Assembly (NCBI RefSeq): GCF_000002075.1
Contig: NW_004797315.1
Coordinates: forward strand, 2,041,281-2,105,280
Length of the DNA stretch: 64,000 bases
Direction of reading: 5' to 3'
Source of the DNA: Aplysia californica
Taxonomy: Eukaryota
This document shows, piece by piece, positions 35,125 through 49,200 of this stretch. Every line of letters starts with the position of its first letter. The stretch's first letter is position 1. A model generated the notes under the pieces. It was not told the origin of the DNA, ran no database searches, and saw only the letters and a program-made list of their open reading frames with translations. Made by a program: the position numbers and the translations under genes.

Positions 35125-35522
35125 GCAATGGAAGCTCTCCAGTCACTGTAGACCCACCCACTCCTGATTTTTTCTAGGGTGCTCATCGGATCTGTGAATA
35201 ACAGGGCATGTTTATACGATTCCATACTGATCCATTCCAGCGCCTCTGTTATTGCCTTAACCTCCATTGCCATGCTCGATGTAGTGCACTCGTAGGCTCC
35301 AGTCTGTTCTTTAATTATCTTCCCGTCAACTCAAGAACTGAACGCCCACCCAGCTTTCTGGCCACGCCTAACTGATCCGTCGGTGAAGACGACAACATCA
35401 CCCATCACTGAATTTCCCTCAAGGATGGTCACTATTTTCGCATTAGTTGCATTTGCTGGCCACTCGCGACACTCTCGACCTAAACCTGAAACGCGGACGA
35501 GTAACGCATGCGCAAAAGCCAT
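35125..35522 (-). mobile_element. RNase H fragment of a non-LTR retrotransposon
   Basis: LGRECREW..VVFTDGSVRRGQKAGWAF..TSSMAMEVKAITEALEW..FTDPMSTLEKI, carrying the RNase H D/E/D residues with an in-frame stop. Likely the same family as 4790-5235. Confidence 0.8.
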
Positions 35523-36009
35523 GTTGACGTTCTGTCTGTAAGAATATGTCTAAAATTTTAGGGTGTAAAATTGAAGATCAGCAGACCACCTGCTGGGAAT
35601 ACTTTTTTGGCACCAAAAACTGTCGCAAAAGAGGGCTAGCTAGATCTATGGTGATCTTGTTGTTCCGTTCGTTAAAGTCTACCTCCCATTTGTTTACATT
35701 CAGAGAAGAAATCCGGAAGTCTTAATTACCAAATCTAAGGCCACACAAAGAACAGGGATGAAACCTAACTGCAAAACGTAAATTTGGTAAAATTCAGGGG
35801 CCCCCCCCTCCATGTAAAATTAGGTAACGGGGCGGGGCCTCTTGGGGCCCAAACCGGTGAATAATAATTGGGGGTGGGAGCTGCCGAAAAAGGGCCATTC
35901 TTTGCTTAAATTTTGATTTTCTCTTCAACGATTACCTGGCAATTCAGGGTCTCTGGCATTCAGCTTTGGACTTTAACAATCTAGATCTAGAATCTAGATA
36001 TTATTTTTG

Positions 36010-36600
36010 CGAAGTGACTATTTCTCAGAACACTCGGAAAAATAAACTTGAACTTTATTTCTCAGAACGGTTTCCGTTCTCGAGTTTTGTTGGTTATTTG
36101 CATAGAGTTACATCTATGGTTATTTCGAGAGTTCGGCGTCATCTTTCATTCTGCCATTCTGGGAAGAAACATATTTGGGGGGGCATCAAATTCAATTTCT
36201 AGAGCTAGAGATTTTTAGTTGTCTGAATATTCAGATACTTCAATTGTAGTTGGGGCAACGTTCCTGGACTATACTTCATTTGAAAATACCTTCAAAGGTA
36301 CTGCGAGAAAACAAGACTGGTCGACTTTGGCAGTAACCTATTTTGCATCTAGTCTAATCACCCCTAAAGCAAAAACTACATCACAAAAAAATCCCTCTAC
36401 GCCCCCCCACCCCTCCCCCGATCACAACGTACACACACAGGCACACTACACATTCATATAGATCTAGATCTATACACAAACACACACCACACACGGGCCA
36501 CTCCATTCGCAAATAACTAGAAAAACTCGATAACGGAAACCGTTCGGAGAAATAGAGTTCAACTCTATTTTCCCGAAAGTTCGGAGAAATAGAGCCGGCC
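36010..36600. mobile_element. MULE-like MITE (family B); partial copy ~59075-59140
   Basis: 9-bp TSD TTATTTTTG (36001-36009 / 36601-36609) and ~90-bp imperfect inverted ends with repeated CTATTTCTC(C/A)GAAC. Confidence 0.75.
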
Positions 36601-37049
36601 TTATTTTTGTGACATAAGCGGGGGGGGGGGGAGTAGATCTATATCTAGATCTAGATCTAGATCTAGATTAGTGGTGATCTCTGCTGCTAATGTTCAAAGA
36701 GGCCATTTAGGGGGGAGGATTGGACAAAATTTGATACGCCAAAGATAATCTATAAAATTGCGTTTTTATATAATGATGGGAAATCCAGTAAGACCAGTAA
36801 ATCAGATGTAATCATCATCAAATTGGGTGATTGGTAGTGAAGTAGAAGGTAAGTGTAGATCCCCTGCCCTCCCTAGAAGACAAGAAGAAGAGTTAGATAA
36901 TTATTTCAGAACTGGACGCTGGGAAACAGCGCTGCAATGAGATTGGCGTGACCTGGAAGAGTATGAGAGAGGAGAAATAAAAACAACTAAAAACGAGCAG
37001 AATAGTATTGCAGGGGACCCACCAGAGGAAATAAATGTCCATCTACTGA

Positions 37050-37210
37050 CCACCCTGAGAAATAGAGAGAGGCCCTTGTTGTTGATTGTTGTCCTGTTCT
37101 GGATCTCTGCCTCTGTGAAATTTCGTTTCGACCACGATTCATGACTTTACTTCCGCTGCTAAGCTCGCATAAACAGGAAGTTTTCTTTTTTTAAAAACAC
37201 ACCATCGAAG
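37050..37210. promoter_or_regulatory. Putative bidirectional promoter of LRRC14-like (-) and MRPS7 (+)
   Basis: Opposed ETS motifs ACTTCCG and CAGGAAGT, YY1-like AAGATGGC overlapping the MRPS7 ATG, and a candidate minus-strand donor (GTCAGT) near 37050 for an LRRC14 5' UTR exon. Confidence 0.5.
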
Positions 37211-40200
37211 ATGGCTGCGTCCTTGTCGACTGTCAAGGGACTCTGTGCCACTGCGAGTAAAGTGCTTGCTGCAACGCAATGTAGTAATTTATTTGCTGAC
37301 CACATTGCTAAAATCAGGTATTGTTAAATTGTTGTTTCCTCATTCTTAATACCTTTGAAGTGCTGTAACTTAATTACAGAATGCACCAGTAGATTTCTAT
37401 CAGTCCGCACACAAATAAACAGGCCAAAATGCTGAACTTGCCTTGATTGATTTGTTGGGGCTCTCTCTTTGGAAATTGCCTTCCCGTTTGTTTATCATGA
37501 TAAGAAACCGAAGTGATAACTAAGGACTCAAATGGCCATGTAGCCTAAGTGAACCCTACCACATTAGCCTAATCACTAGCCAGTAATATTTTTCTGCCTT
37601 TTTTGTATTAACTCTTATCCTGCGTCTGTGCCCAGATGCGTGGCGTATCTTATCAGCAACCGATTACGTCGGACTCGCCGGGCAGGCCGCCGGGGTCACT
37701 CAGTGTGTACTGTTGGTGTACAGCGCGCGCGCCGGGAAACGTGTGTTTTCGCCATGAATACCGCGGGAGTGTGTTAACTGATGATGAAAATAACGCTCTA
37801 TCCTTCATAGCATTTTATTTATAAAGTGTTACAAACACATGAATAACCCCCTCTCACAAGCTGATAAGACATTACGAGTAGTTACGCCCATTTGAATAAC
37901 CTTTCTGGACGCTCTTGTTGTTATGAATGACCTGAGGTTCGAAAAGGGATAATTTAGGTCAATTTCCGAATGTTTTACACTCAAATTGTTCTTTGTACCT
38001 GCACAAGGGTATTCAAAACTATTAAACAAGCTCATCTTTTATCAGGTAGTATCATTTCATACAAAATCAAGCTCATTTGAAATATTTTGTATAGAAAAAT
38101 GGAAGTCTTGTTTCCTGACTATCCTTTCGAGCTCCTCACGTCTAAGTGGGTCAATTTCTTCTATAATTTCATTGGACGAACATCTAGAGCTATCAACTTG
38201 GCATGTTTTGAATGAGACGTATGCCTCGATTACGAACCAACGCTGGTGGTTCTAGAAGAAGGCCACAAACGCACACAAACTCAAGCAGACTGACGCACAC
38301 ACACTTGACCTGCATGAATGGGGATCCGACTCGGGACCCGAATAACACGTAAGAGGATGCGCGTGCGCTGAGCCAGGAGCTACACTGACTCGGGACCAGA
38401 ACGCAGGCGAGGTGCCGAAATAGGCTTATCGGGCTACATAAACCCGGCTCCCGCAGGATGAGGGTTAAAAATTTGGCGGCCACCTCTATTCTCACCCCGG
38501 GTGAGAATAGCGCAGGCGAGTCTTTTGGCTATTCTCACCCGGTGGGCGTTCACCGTTATAGCCTAGGCCAACCAGTGAAGTGTTCACCCTGAACCATAGA
38601 ATTCTACACTGTGATAACAGAATTATAGAATTCTGGGTAAGATTGAAGAATACCGGACCAGCGGACTGACTTTGCCTATGTCTCAACCTTACGAATTCAT
38701 AATTTTCCCGATTTTAATCTCTCAATGGAGAATCTCGGACCGGTAGATCTAGGCCTATTCATTAAAATTTTGTCTGAACCCCCCTCCCCCCTCCTCCATC
38801 CCAACCACCAGCCCCACCTACCTCACTTTCTCGCGCAATAATGTACGAGTGGTCCGGTATTCTTCAATCTTCACGAATTCTGTGCTGTGAACAAACGTTC
38901 TAGATCTATTACTACTGTTAGTGTTAGCCTAAAAGCGTGCAATTTTGTCTGTGGGCAGTGGAGAGAGACAAAGAGAGAGAGGAGTAGCGCGAGAACTTCC
39001 GGGCAAAACAAAATGGCGACCCACGTAGTTCGGCTCGATAGCCGTAGCATCTTTGTAGACAACCAAATTAATTTAGTTTTCTTGTTTAAAATCATTTTTT
39101 AACTTTGTTTTGGTCAATTTGATCGTCCACACCGATAGACAGTATTCAGAAAGAGACAGAGAGAGAGGGGAGGAGTAGATCTTGCGAGAACTTCCGGGCA
39201 AAATAAAATGGCGACCCGCGTAGTTCGGCTCGATTCGAAAAGTGAAATAGCCATAGCATCTTTGAAGACGATGAAATTAGCTTACTTTTGTGCTATAACG
39301 TAATTTTTTCTTGGCTTTTATCAATTTGATCATCCACACCGATAGACAGTATTCCAAAAGGAGGAAAAACAGGTCTTGTTTCACACCGGGTGAGAATAGC
39401 CTACCCTGGCAAGTCTCACCCGGGATGAGAGGTAGATCGTATTTCTATTCTCACCCCGGGTGAGAATAGCCACTTCCTAAAAATTTATTTTTGCCGGATT
39501 GAACTTCGTGGACGGTGGACCCACCGTGTTTATGTCAAGCGCCATTTGCCGATCAGCGCAATCTTAAGATGGCGCAGAACCATATGACGATCCGCAGAAA
39601 GCGCTGCCATCTCGAGATGGGCGCGACGCTCCATCACACACAAACAAACGATTTGCAAAGTTCACAAACAAAACTCGGCAAAATTGCAAAATCGTTTGTT
39701 TGTTTGTGTGTGTGTATGTTGTTTTAGCGTGTGTATGTGTGGTGTGAAGTGACTTTTNNNNNNNNNNNNNNNNNNNNNNNNNNNNNNNNNNNNNNNNNNN
39801 NNNNNNNNNNNNNNNNNNNNNNNNNNNNNNNNNNNNNNNNNNNNNNNNNNNNNNNNNNNNNNNNNNNNNNNNNNNNNNNNNNNNNNNNNNNNNNNNNNNN
39901 NTATGTGTGTATATATATAATAATTTGTTGTATGTGTTTGTGTGTGTTTCCAAGCGATCGGCAGATGGCGCAATTCTTGTCTTGCTTGCTTTGCACAATC
40001 TTAAGATCACGCAGCTCTATTCATTTTCAGAAATAATCTGTAGATGATGCGCCCATCTCGAGATGGCCGCGCTTTGTGTGGATCATTTGACGTTTACATG
40101 ACATGAAGCTACAGCGAGCACCTAGCACATTGCTGGATTGGCCCAAATATGGATTAGATGACATATTTCCGCCATCTATTTTTGTTATCTTCCGGGGCTT

Positions 40201-43200
40201 CCCTTGCCAGTTGACTAGATCTCACCAGAGACAATGTACGTAAACGTACTCTGTCTCTGATCTCTCCGTGGTAGGCCCGCTTTGTGTGTAGTGTCAGTGT
40301 GTGTGTGCATGGGCGCGCTTGTATGTGTGTGTGCGTGCACACAGGCTTGTGTGTGTGTGTGTGTACAAACTTTGAGAAGGTTAATTTATGGAACGAGAAT
40401 TGCTGATGTTGTATAAAAGATTATAACACAAATGAATTAAATTGATATAACAAAAAAAACAAAGACAGCGAGATCCAGTCAACAGTTACTGGCGAGGGAA
40501 ACCCAAGAGTATTGGAGGAAGCCCCGGCAGATGACAAAAATAGATGGTGTAAATACGTCATCAATATTTGGGCCAATCACAGAGGTGTGCTAGGTGCTCG
40601 CTGCAGCTTCATGTGTTTACATGTGTATTAGGCTAATGTGCACTAGCCATTTAACAGTGGGGGGTTTCAAGGGGGGCACCCCCTGGCAAAAATAATTATT
40701 TTTAAAAAGCACACAATCACGTTTAGGCTACCTGGCAAATTATCTGTTACAAAATGGCTGCCAATGGTCGCGAACGGGAAGGCAATTTCCAAAGAACACC
40801 ATATGGACAATTTGGTTGATACTGAGTGATGATTGATAACGTTCGGATGACTTGATTCAAGTTTGATGGCCTACAAACTGTAACTACATCATCAACTTTA
40901 CTTCTCATATGTTACTATTGCAGTGTCAGTGTACTACTAGATTAGATCTAGATTTAACTACAGTAGTATTCACCTAAGATGCCGGTGCTCGGGAGCAAGG
41001 AAATGCGGGATCTTAGACAAACCGGGATCTTAACCGACGAACCCTGGGAAGAATCTGTGGTGACCCATGCTAAGGCTCACAATCTCTAAAATGATCTGAC
41101 GAGATCGCTTGGTGGGTTTATGATGTATGGCGAGCAAAGAGGGGTTAACCTTGATGACCTATCACCGTGCATAGTGGAATGAGACGTTCCATTTTCACTT
41201 ATTATCCTATCATGAGTCTCAAGATATACGCTTATCCAGTTGCCCCTCCCCCTTACCTGTTGAAAATTTATAGCTTTCCATCTCTGACCGAGTCCCCCCA
41301 ACAACACCTTTGTCGTTACACACCATTACGTTGTGAACACACCAATTAAAATTCAGTCTATGTCGCAAATTCGGGAGTAGAGACAACTTCTGCAATGGTC
41401 AGGGAAGAGTTCACAGTTCAATGTGATCCCGCCTGGAGCGAATGTAGAGGCCCTACCCACCCAGCGAGTGGTGTAAGTTTAGGGGTAGAGCTCAGGTGTG
41501 AGTGCAATGTTCGGGGAAAACAAACGTGTCGGTCAGTTCACACCCTGGTGTGATCCCGTCTGGGGTAAACATTGTATCGCTTCATCGAGTTTTACAACGT
41601 GTATCTGATCACATTTACGATAGTGGCTGATCTTTGAAGCGACGGACAGTTTATTGATCTCAACTTTTCATTCTTGGTTGATCGGCTGTCCTGCTGGGGT
41701 TTTTGTTCCACAATTTATGATCTGAAATGCGGGATCTTAGCCGAATGTAGACCTTCAGAGTGAATCAGAGCGGGATGCCCGGATCTTAGGGGTGACTTTT
41801 GTATAATAAAAATTTTTTTTTCTTAAAACAGCGGGATCTTAAGCGAACCGGGATCGTAAGCGGTGGGATGTTAGGCGGAGACTACTGTACTAGTATTCAC
41901 TAACTCTCTTGACCTGACTTGTGAGGAAGGTTTTGTTGAAACAGGGAAGTACGTTATGGCTTTTAGCTTCATTTGCCTTAGGAATTGATGACAAACCATC
42001 CAAACTATTTACCCCCCTGGAGGACAGTAGCCTGTAGTTGCGGAGTTGCACATGACAGTGTCTACTGGATCGACTAACCACTGACTGGAGTGATGAACGC
42101 ACTACTGACTCTGCCGTGGTAAAAAAAAAGACTCTGCCGTGGTACCATGCATTTCTATCAGGTGTACACAAAATGTCCTAACAACAGATTATGATATGGC
42201 TGAAAACTAGAATCTAGGTTATAAATGCTCAAGCTTTTTTTCAGTTTTTGAATGGCCGAGATCGACCCTGAAATAGTGGGTGTGTGTTGTTACTTAATTA
42301 AAGTATTATGAAATGGAAACTTGGTAAAATCCAAAGGAGTCTTTACAAAAATGCACAATATTGTCAATGGTTATAAGTTCTGCCCGTGAAGCGATTTAAA
42401 CAAAACGAAGACGCTTTGAAACTGTATCGTTTTCTGTCAAGTGCTTTTCTGCACTGATGTTTTTTTACCTCTGAGGATGGGTAACCTCTCTATAGCAAAG
42501 TATAGACCCATGAAACTGCTCCGTATGGGAGCTTGGATTTGAAATAACTCAGTTGTGTGTAGAACAACATTAAACTTTACAAAGCAAATAATCAAATTTC
42601 TTCTTCACAGTGTACAGCCTGTTCGGCAGTCTATGTACAACCCCAAGTATGTGGAACCGATCATCGACAAAGCAACCCTGGAAAAGGGCCTCGATCCAGA
42701 TGACCTTCGCAGACACCGGCCAATCAAAGCCCCTACGACGGATATCTCCATATCGCCACTGTTCTATGACCCTGAGATCTTGTTAGTTCTTGTTTACTAC
42801 ATTTCCCGGTTTATGATACAATGAAAAGATTTTGAATTTATGTGCTCACACTGTTATTATCTGCAAGATCAAGCTTTAAAATTGTTTTGCCTTTTTAATG
42901 AAGGACCATGAAAGAACTGTAGAAATCAACAATTTTATAATGGCAGCATTTCTGTTAACTTTTGGAAGCTTTTTTGTGCATTCAGTGTGGCTTTGGAAAG
43001 GAGTCACCAAGAAAATAATTTATTGATATTTGTAAGAGAATATCCTTACTTTCATGAATTTCTTTTAACAAATTCTTCAAAAATATATTGACTGTTCTAC
43101 TTTTCAAAATTTTGTCTTTGAAAATAGCTGTTCCCTACTTTTTAATTCTTCGATCTTTTGTACACATATGATTTTTTATGGGTTTTTTTATCATGTTTGT

Positions 43201-46200
43201 TTCATTCCAGGAAATTTACAAATATGATGATGAAGGCAGGAAACAAAGAACGTGTGAGAGAAGTCATGCGAAAAGTAAGAGATGAATTTTGTTGTTTGAA
43301 CAGAATATATTCTTTTCTACCAACTGACATGCAATTTGCAGGCTACAGCTATGTTATGTACCAGAAACTAGATTTTCTAAGTAGCTATATGCCAAATTTA
43401 TCTGTTTCATATCAAAAACGTCTGTGTCTCCTAAGAATTTTGAAACCATTCTTTTTACCTCTTAGTAAATTTTAAAGAAATTGGCAACTGTTTTGATACA
43501 ATTAAATATTTCCAAGTTTGCCAACTGATTGTTACCCCAGGTTTGGTAGATCATAATAAAACAGTACCAAGTGCACCAAACATCTACACAGAGTATAATC
43601 ACTAAAAACATAGACATGGAGCTGAATTTTTTTCAAGACTATGAGATCATTGCAGATCAGTGTTTGATTGCCTCAAACTTGATGATTTGTCGTTATACCT
43701 ATACTGTAGTGTACAGAGGCTCTATACTACTATACTGTAGTGTACTGTGTGGGTGGTTGGTGGGTGCTCTGGTATGGTTTGCTCCTTCTTTCCTATCAAA
43801 CGTCGATCGTCCTGATCTCTTCTCTTTCTTTTTTGTGTTTGTTTCTCGCTTGTAACACCTCTAATCTTCGGCACTTATATGACCTTATTGTGTTGCAAGT
43901 GCCGTAAAACTCTAACTAAAACTTTTAAAAAACTAGTGTACTGTGTACTGAGTGCTCTCTGTGTTGGGGGTCATATTTCAGAGTTTTGCAAGATGAATGC
44001 AAAATTAGTCCAAGCCAATTACTCTATTCTAATAGAAAGTGAACTGATCTTTCTGTTGGTGCCGTTTTGTTGCCCATATTTTACAAGTAGGCCTATTTCA
44101 TGTAACAAATGATCTCTGAAAACTTTTACACTATTTATAATTGCTTTTCTTTACACGTCAAAGGCCAAAAAATATACCACTGGAAACCCCTTTCAAGACT
44201 GTATAGTTCTCCACTAATGAAAAAGCGGTATTTCCTCGAAACATTTGAATGCGTGGGTGTCGGTTTTTTTACTGGCCGATCTTGCATTCCAACAGTGAGG
44301 GGCTTCACTTTCCATGGCGAGTTTATCCATACTGAGTGAGAGTAAAGTGTAGGTAAGCAGTTGACACAGAGGGTTAGACAGATAGATGTGCCCCCCCCCC
44401 CCCCCCCTACTGTTAATCTGTGAAAGGACTACTGTAACTGATGCAAAAAAAAATGTTCCTTTATTTTCTTCTTTCAAACCAGCTTTTTGAGAATTTGAAG
44501 CACATGCAGGTTGAGAAATACAACAAAGCCACATCTGAGAGTGAAAAGGCAGAAATTGAATGCAACCCTGTTGTCATATTCAAGCAAGGGGTGGAGAACT
44601 GCAAACCGCTGCTGCTAGTCACGAGAGTAGTGAAGGGTGGAGTGGCATACAGAGTAAGTGGCGAGTAAAGTTACCAAAAATGTCTGTGGTGTTGGTTTAA
44701 TGCGTCTTTCATTCTTTCCCTAATAGTGTTCTTTGTTTATTTTGTACTACTTTATGATAGTGCCAAGATGGTTGTAAAGGACAGCTAAAATTACATAAAG
44801 TGTTTGTAGAGTTGGTCCAAATGCAACTCTAATATTTTCCTGTATGGTCTTCTTTGTTTTATTTTGTACTTTTATTTATGCTTCTCTTTGATAGTGTCAA
44901 GATGGGAGTAGGTGAGAGTTTAAATTAGTAAAAACAATTTTCAATTTTGGTTCTATAATCTCTCATTCTTTCCTCTTTTAGTCTTTTTTATATTTTTAAA
45001 TAATTTATGCAACTCTATGATTGTGCCAAGATGAGAGAAGTTGACAAAAAAAATTACAATAAGTTTTCTTGTGTCAGTTCAATACATCTTTCATTCTTTC
45101 CTCTGTAGTCTTCTTTGTTTTATTCCGTACTCATTCATGCTGCTCTGTGATAGTGCCAAGATAAAGGTGACAGTCTTGTTGTCACATATAACTTAATTTA
45201 AGAAGAGTCATGCCTATCTCGCTGTTTTGCCTCCTGGTGGGGTCAGTTTGATTTGAATATGAAGATCAATGTACTGAGTAGTTTGATCAGCCATTCTCAG
45301 CTTTCGTCGGGGTAAGAGGTAAAGTAAATACTCATGTTCACTCAGTCCGCATTTCTACTTCCCCTTTGTAATTTAAAAAAAATTGCTATTGCTATGAGTT
45401 GAGCATCAAAGAACTTGCTGTTTATGATGTACATTGTGTTAACCTACTGATTTTAAATATATAATGTTACCTGCTACATAAAGTTAACCACTTTTTCACA
45501 ATTAATGGCTACCGTGTACTCTGAGGTTGAATGAATGCCAGAGTTGTGCTGCTTTTTACTGTCGTCCATTTTAATTTTAATATATGTCGGTTATTCTCTC
45601 CAGAACTAATGCTACTTATAGTGTTGTTGTTTTTTTTAAAGTGTTAACTCATTCTTGGTCCAGAGAAGAATCCTTTGCTTAACACGTTTGTTTGTCCTTC
45701 TCAGGTTCCAGTATGTGCTAGGCCGAATGAGCAGCGTTTCCGAGCCATGAAGTGGATCATTGAAAGCTGCCGCGATAAGGAACGTCGCATTCCCATGGAA
45801 CAGAAACTGGCATGGGAGATCATGGATGCTTACAACAACCAGGTAGGTTGGGTTTTTTTTACAGTACTGTTGTAGATATCACAGTGGGATAGGGTAAAGA
45901 GAAAAGACCCCCCCCCAAAATGTGATTACAAGAGACAATTTGGAAAATTTACAACAGAGGAGCTGAATGTCATCTTCTAACCGCTGATATTTAAGGAGAA
46001 TGTGAAAAATAAGAAACCGGTTACAGGCGACTTGGAGCAGTGTTAGTGCAGGACCGGCAGCCAAAACGGCAAACCATATACTTCAAGCGTGCCCAATGCA
46101 TAAAGCACTCACTAGGCAGGGAGCCGCAAACTCTAGATTGGGGACTCTTATGGCCTAGAGGTTAAAGTGTTCGCCTCTCATTCAATAGGTCCTGGGTTTG

Positions 46201-49200
46201 AATCCGGATAGTGACGGAAAATGTTAGACATTTCTCACCCTTTCCTGCTCTATCAATGTTCTGTAATCTTTCGCCTCCACTTTCAGCCTTCACCACCTTT
46301 GCCCCTTCCTCTGGGCTCCTTAGCTCTTTCTACTGCTTCTCCTTGGCTCCTTCTTACTGGTGTCTTTAAGCCACACCCCTGATCTTATGGTAGGCAAGAT
46401 CTACACCTGGCCTTCTCGGGCAAGGGCGAAAAATCTCGGAGGTCCTGTGTGCAGTTGCGCACGTTAAAGACCACTTGGTGGTCCCAAATCGATGAGAGTA
46501 GGCTTCGGCCGACACTCAAACAAAATTCAAAATTTCCTACCAACTGAAAATGTTTGGTGTGTCCCCCGCACTCACATGACCGCATGCAGTTGCTAGCGCC
46601 GTTAATAAACACTTACAAAAAAACACAAAAAATATATATATATATGTGTGTACTAGGGACCAAACCCAAAGAGATCGTCGCATATCTGACTCCATTCGGC
46701 AAGCTGCCGCCCTCCAGAGGAGGCCAGCCACAGAAGGAAAAGAAGAAGAGCCCCAATTTCTGCATCAGCCTTCGCACTAGAGACTGGGATGTATTTAAAT
46801 TTAAAGATGATGAGAAGAAGAGAAACTAATCTTATGGTTAAATTGGTTGGGGGGGGGGGGGGGGGGTAATATATGTCGAAGATTACATGTGTTACCAGAG
46901 AGTAACGTACAAAGAAAATAAAGGGGGAGGGAGGGGAGGGGTGATAAGGAGGTTAGATGTTTCATAGGAAAGAAGGAGAAAACCAGACAAATAAAGTAAG
47001 ACTAAATCATATGTAAAGATATTTACTAAAATACGTAAGCCATAAACAAACGAACAAAAATAAGAAAATAACAAATTAAAAATCTTACCAGCCTATAAAA
47101 ATTATCAGTAAGCTGTCATTCAGGCATTTTTCACCCTTGTAAATCTGTCAAATAATTCATACTTCGTCCCCATAACGCACCTCTTTTTTAAAGCTGCAAC
47201 CCCCCTCCCNNNNNNNNNNNNNNNNNNNNNNNNNNNNNNNNNNNNNNNNNNNNNNNNNNNNNNNNNNNNNNNNNNNNNNNNNNNNNNNNNNNNNNNNNNN
47301 NNNNNNNNNNNNNNNNNNNNNNNNNNNNNNNNNNNNNNNNNNNNNNNNNNNNNNNNNNNNNNNNNNNNNNNNNNNNNNNNNNNNNNNNNNNNNNNNNNNN
47401 NNNNNNNNNNNNNNNNNNNNNNNNNNNNNNNNNNNNNNNNNNNNNNNNNNNNNNNNNNNNNNNNNNNNNNNNNNNNNNNNNNNNNNNNNNNNNNNNNNNN
47501 NNNNNNNNNNNNNNNNNNNNNNNNNNNNNNNNNNTTTTCTATAATTTCTTTGGACGAACATCTAGAGCTACCAACTTGGCATGTTTTGAATGAGACGTAT
47601 GTCTCGATTACGAACCAACGCAGGCGGTTCTAGGAGGCCTCAAACACACACAAACTCAAGCAGACTGACGCACACACACTTGACATGCGTGAATGGGGAT
47701 CCGACTCGGGACGCGAATGACACGTAAGAGGATGCGCGCTGCGCGTGCGCTGAGCCAGGGGCTACACTGATTATGGACCAGAACGCAGGCGAGGTGCCGA
47801 AATAGGCTTATCGGGCTACATAAACCCGGCTCCCGCAGGATGAGGGTTAATACATAAAACATCCTCTTCTTTTCACGTATTCAATTCCAGCTATTTTAGC
47901 ACTGCTTATTTCTATACTATGTTACCAGCCACTCCAAGGATCTTTTTGAAAAAAATTACCGAGCTGTTGCGATTACCGGTTATCATAGGTTTATTTCATT
48001 TTGAGTGCTTTTTCATAACTTTACTTAAAAGAAAGGCAAAAAGAATTTAAATGTTTTAAATTGTCCTATTTGTATGATTTTTAAAGTCTCGTTTATTTGA
48101 TTTTGTTTTCCTATTCCTATTTACTCTTACTGTGGATGATGCAAAAGTCAAAGCTCCGACTTATTGGTATTGTCGTCTCATGATCCAGCTTCAGTTTTCA
48201 CAAATTCTTTAGTCCTTCCGAAGTCCATCGTATTCTGGAAAACAGAGATGTACCAAGAGATGTTACCATACCATTTAAGCGAATGCAGTGGAGTCCTGGT
48301 TAGTTAAGGGAAACTTCGAATCTCGTACATTGAAGACTGAAGAACAGTTTCCCCTATCAGGGATCCCCTCCCAAAAAATGTCACCACAACAATGATAATT
48401 TTTAAACAATGTAATAAGGTTCGTTTGCTCATTTATGATTCCATTAACATTATCAAATGCCCCGTTATTTGTGACCAGAGCTGGTAGTAACGGAGTACAA
48501 GTACTCCGGTACTTGTACTTACGTTACAATTTTCGGTACTTTTACTGTACTCCAGTACATTTTTTAAACCAGTACTTTTACTCTACTCCGATACTTTTTA
48601 TAAAAGTACTTTTGAGTACTTTTTAAGTACATTTTGAGTACTTTGGTAGCTAAATGAAAGTGTAAGTGCAGGCATTTCTGATCATAATTTACGGAACAAA
48701 AACCCGATCAACCGCCAAGAGTTAAAAGTTGAGATCAAAGAACGGCCCATCGCCACAAAGATCAGCCACTATCGTGAATGTGATCACAAGCGTTGTAAAA
48801 CTCCATGAAACAGTACAATGTTTGCCCCAGATGGGATCACACCAAGGTGTGAACTGACCGATGCGTTTCTTTTCCCCAAACATCGCACTCGCATCTGACC
48901 TCACCACCTAAACTTACATCACTCCCCGGGGTGGGTAGGGCCTACAAGTTCGCTCCAGGAGGGATCACATCAAACTGTGAACTCTTCCCTGACCATTGAA
49001 AGCAGTTTTTCCCGAATTTGCGAGACAATCTGAATTTTAATTAGTGTGGTCACATCGTAATGGTGCGTAACGACAAAGGAGGTTTGGGGAGGGGGGGGGG
49101 ACTCAATCAGAGATGGAAAGCTAAAATTGGATAGGTAAAGGGGAGAGGCAACTGGATAAACGTAGATAAAGATCTCAAGACTCACGATAGGCTAATGAGT

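Noticed and set aside
39564-40036. ORFs spanning N runs (also 47157-47561, 61509-62144, 63733-63984)
   Set aside because: Artefacts of gaps or masked simple repeats.
44700-45165. CRISPR-like repeat/spacer array
   Set aside because: Whole units are degenerate homologues with no unique spacers, in a eukaryotic intron with no cas genes.
46141-46212. tRNA gene
   Set aside because: A/B boxes are present but there is no proper acceptor stem or terminator, and it continues into a SINE body.
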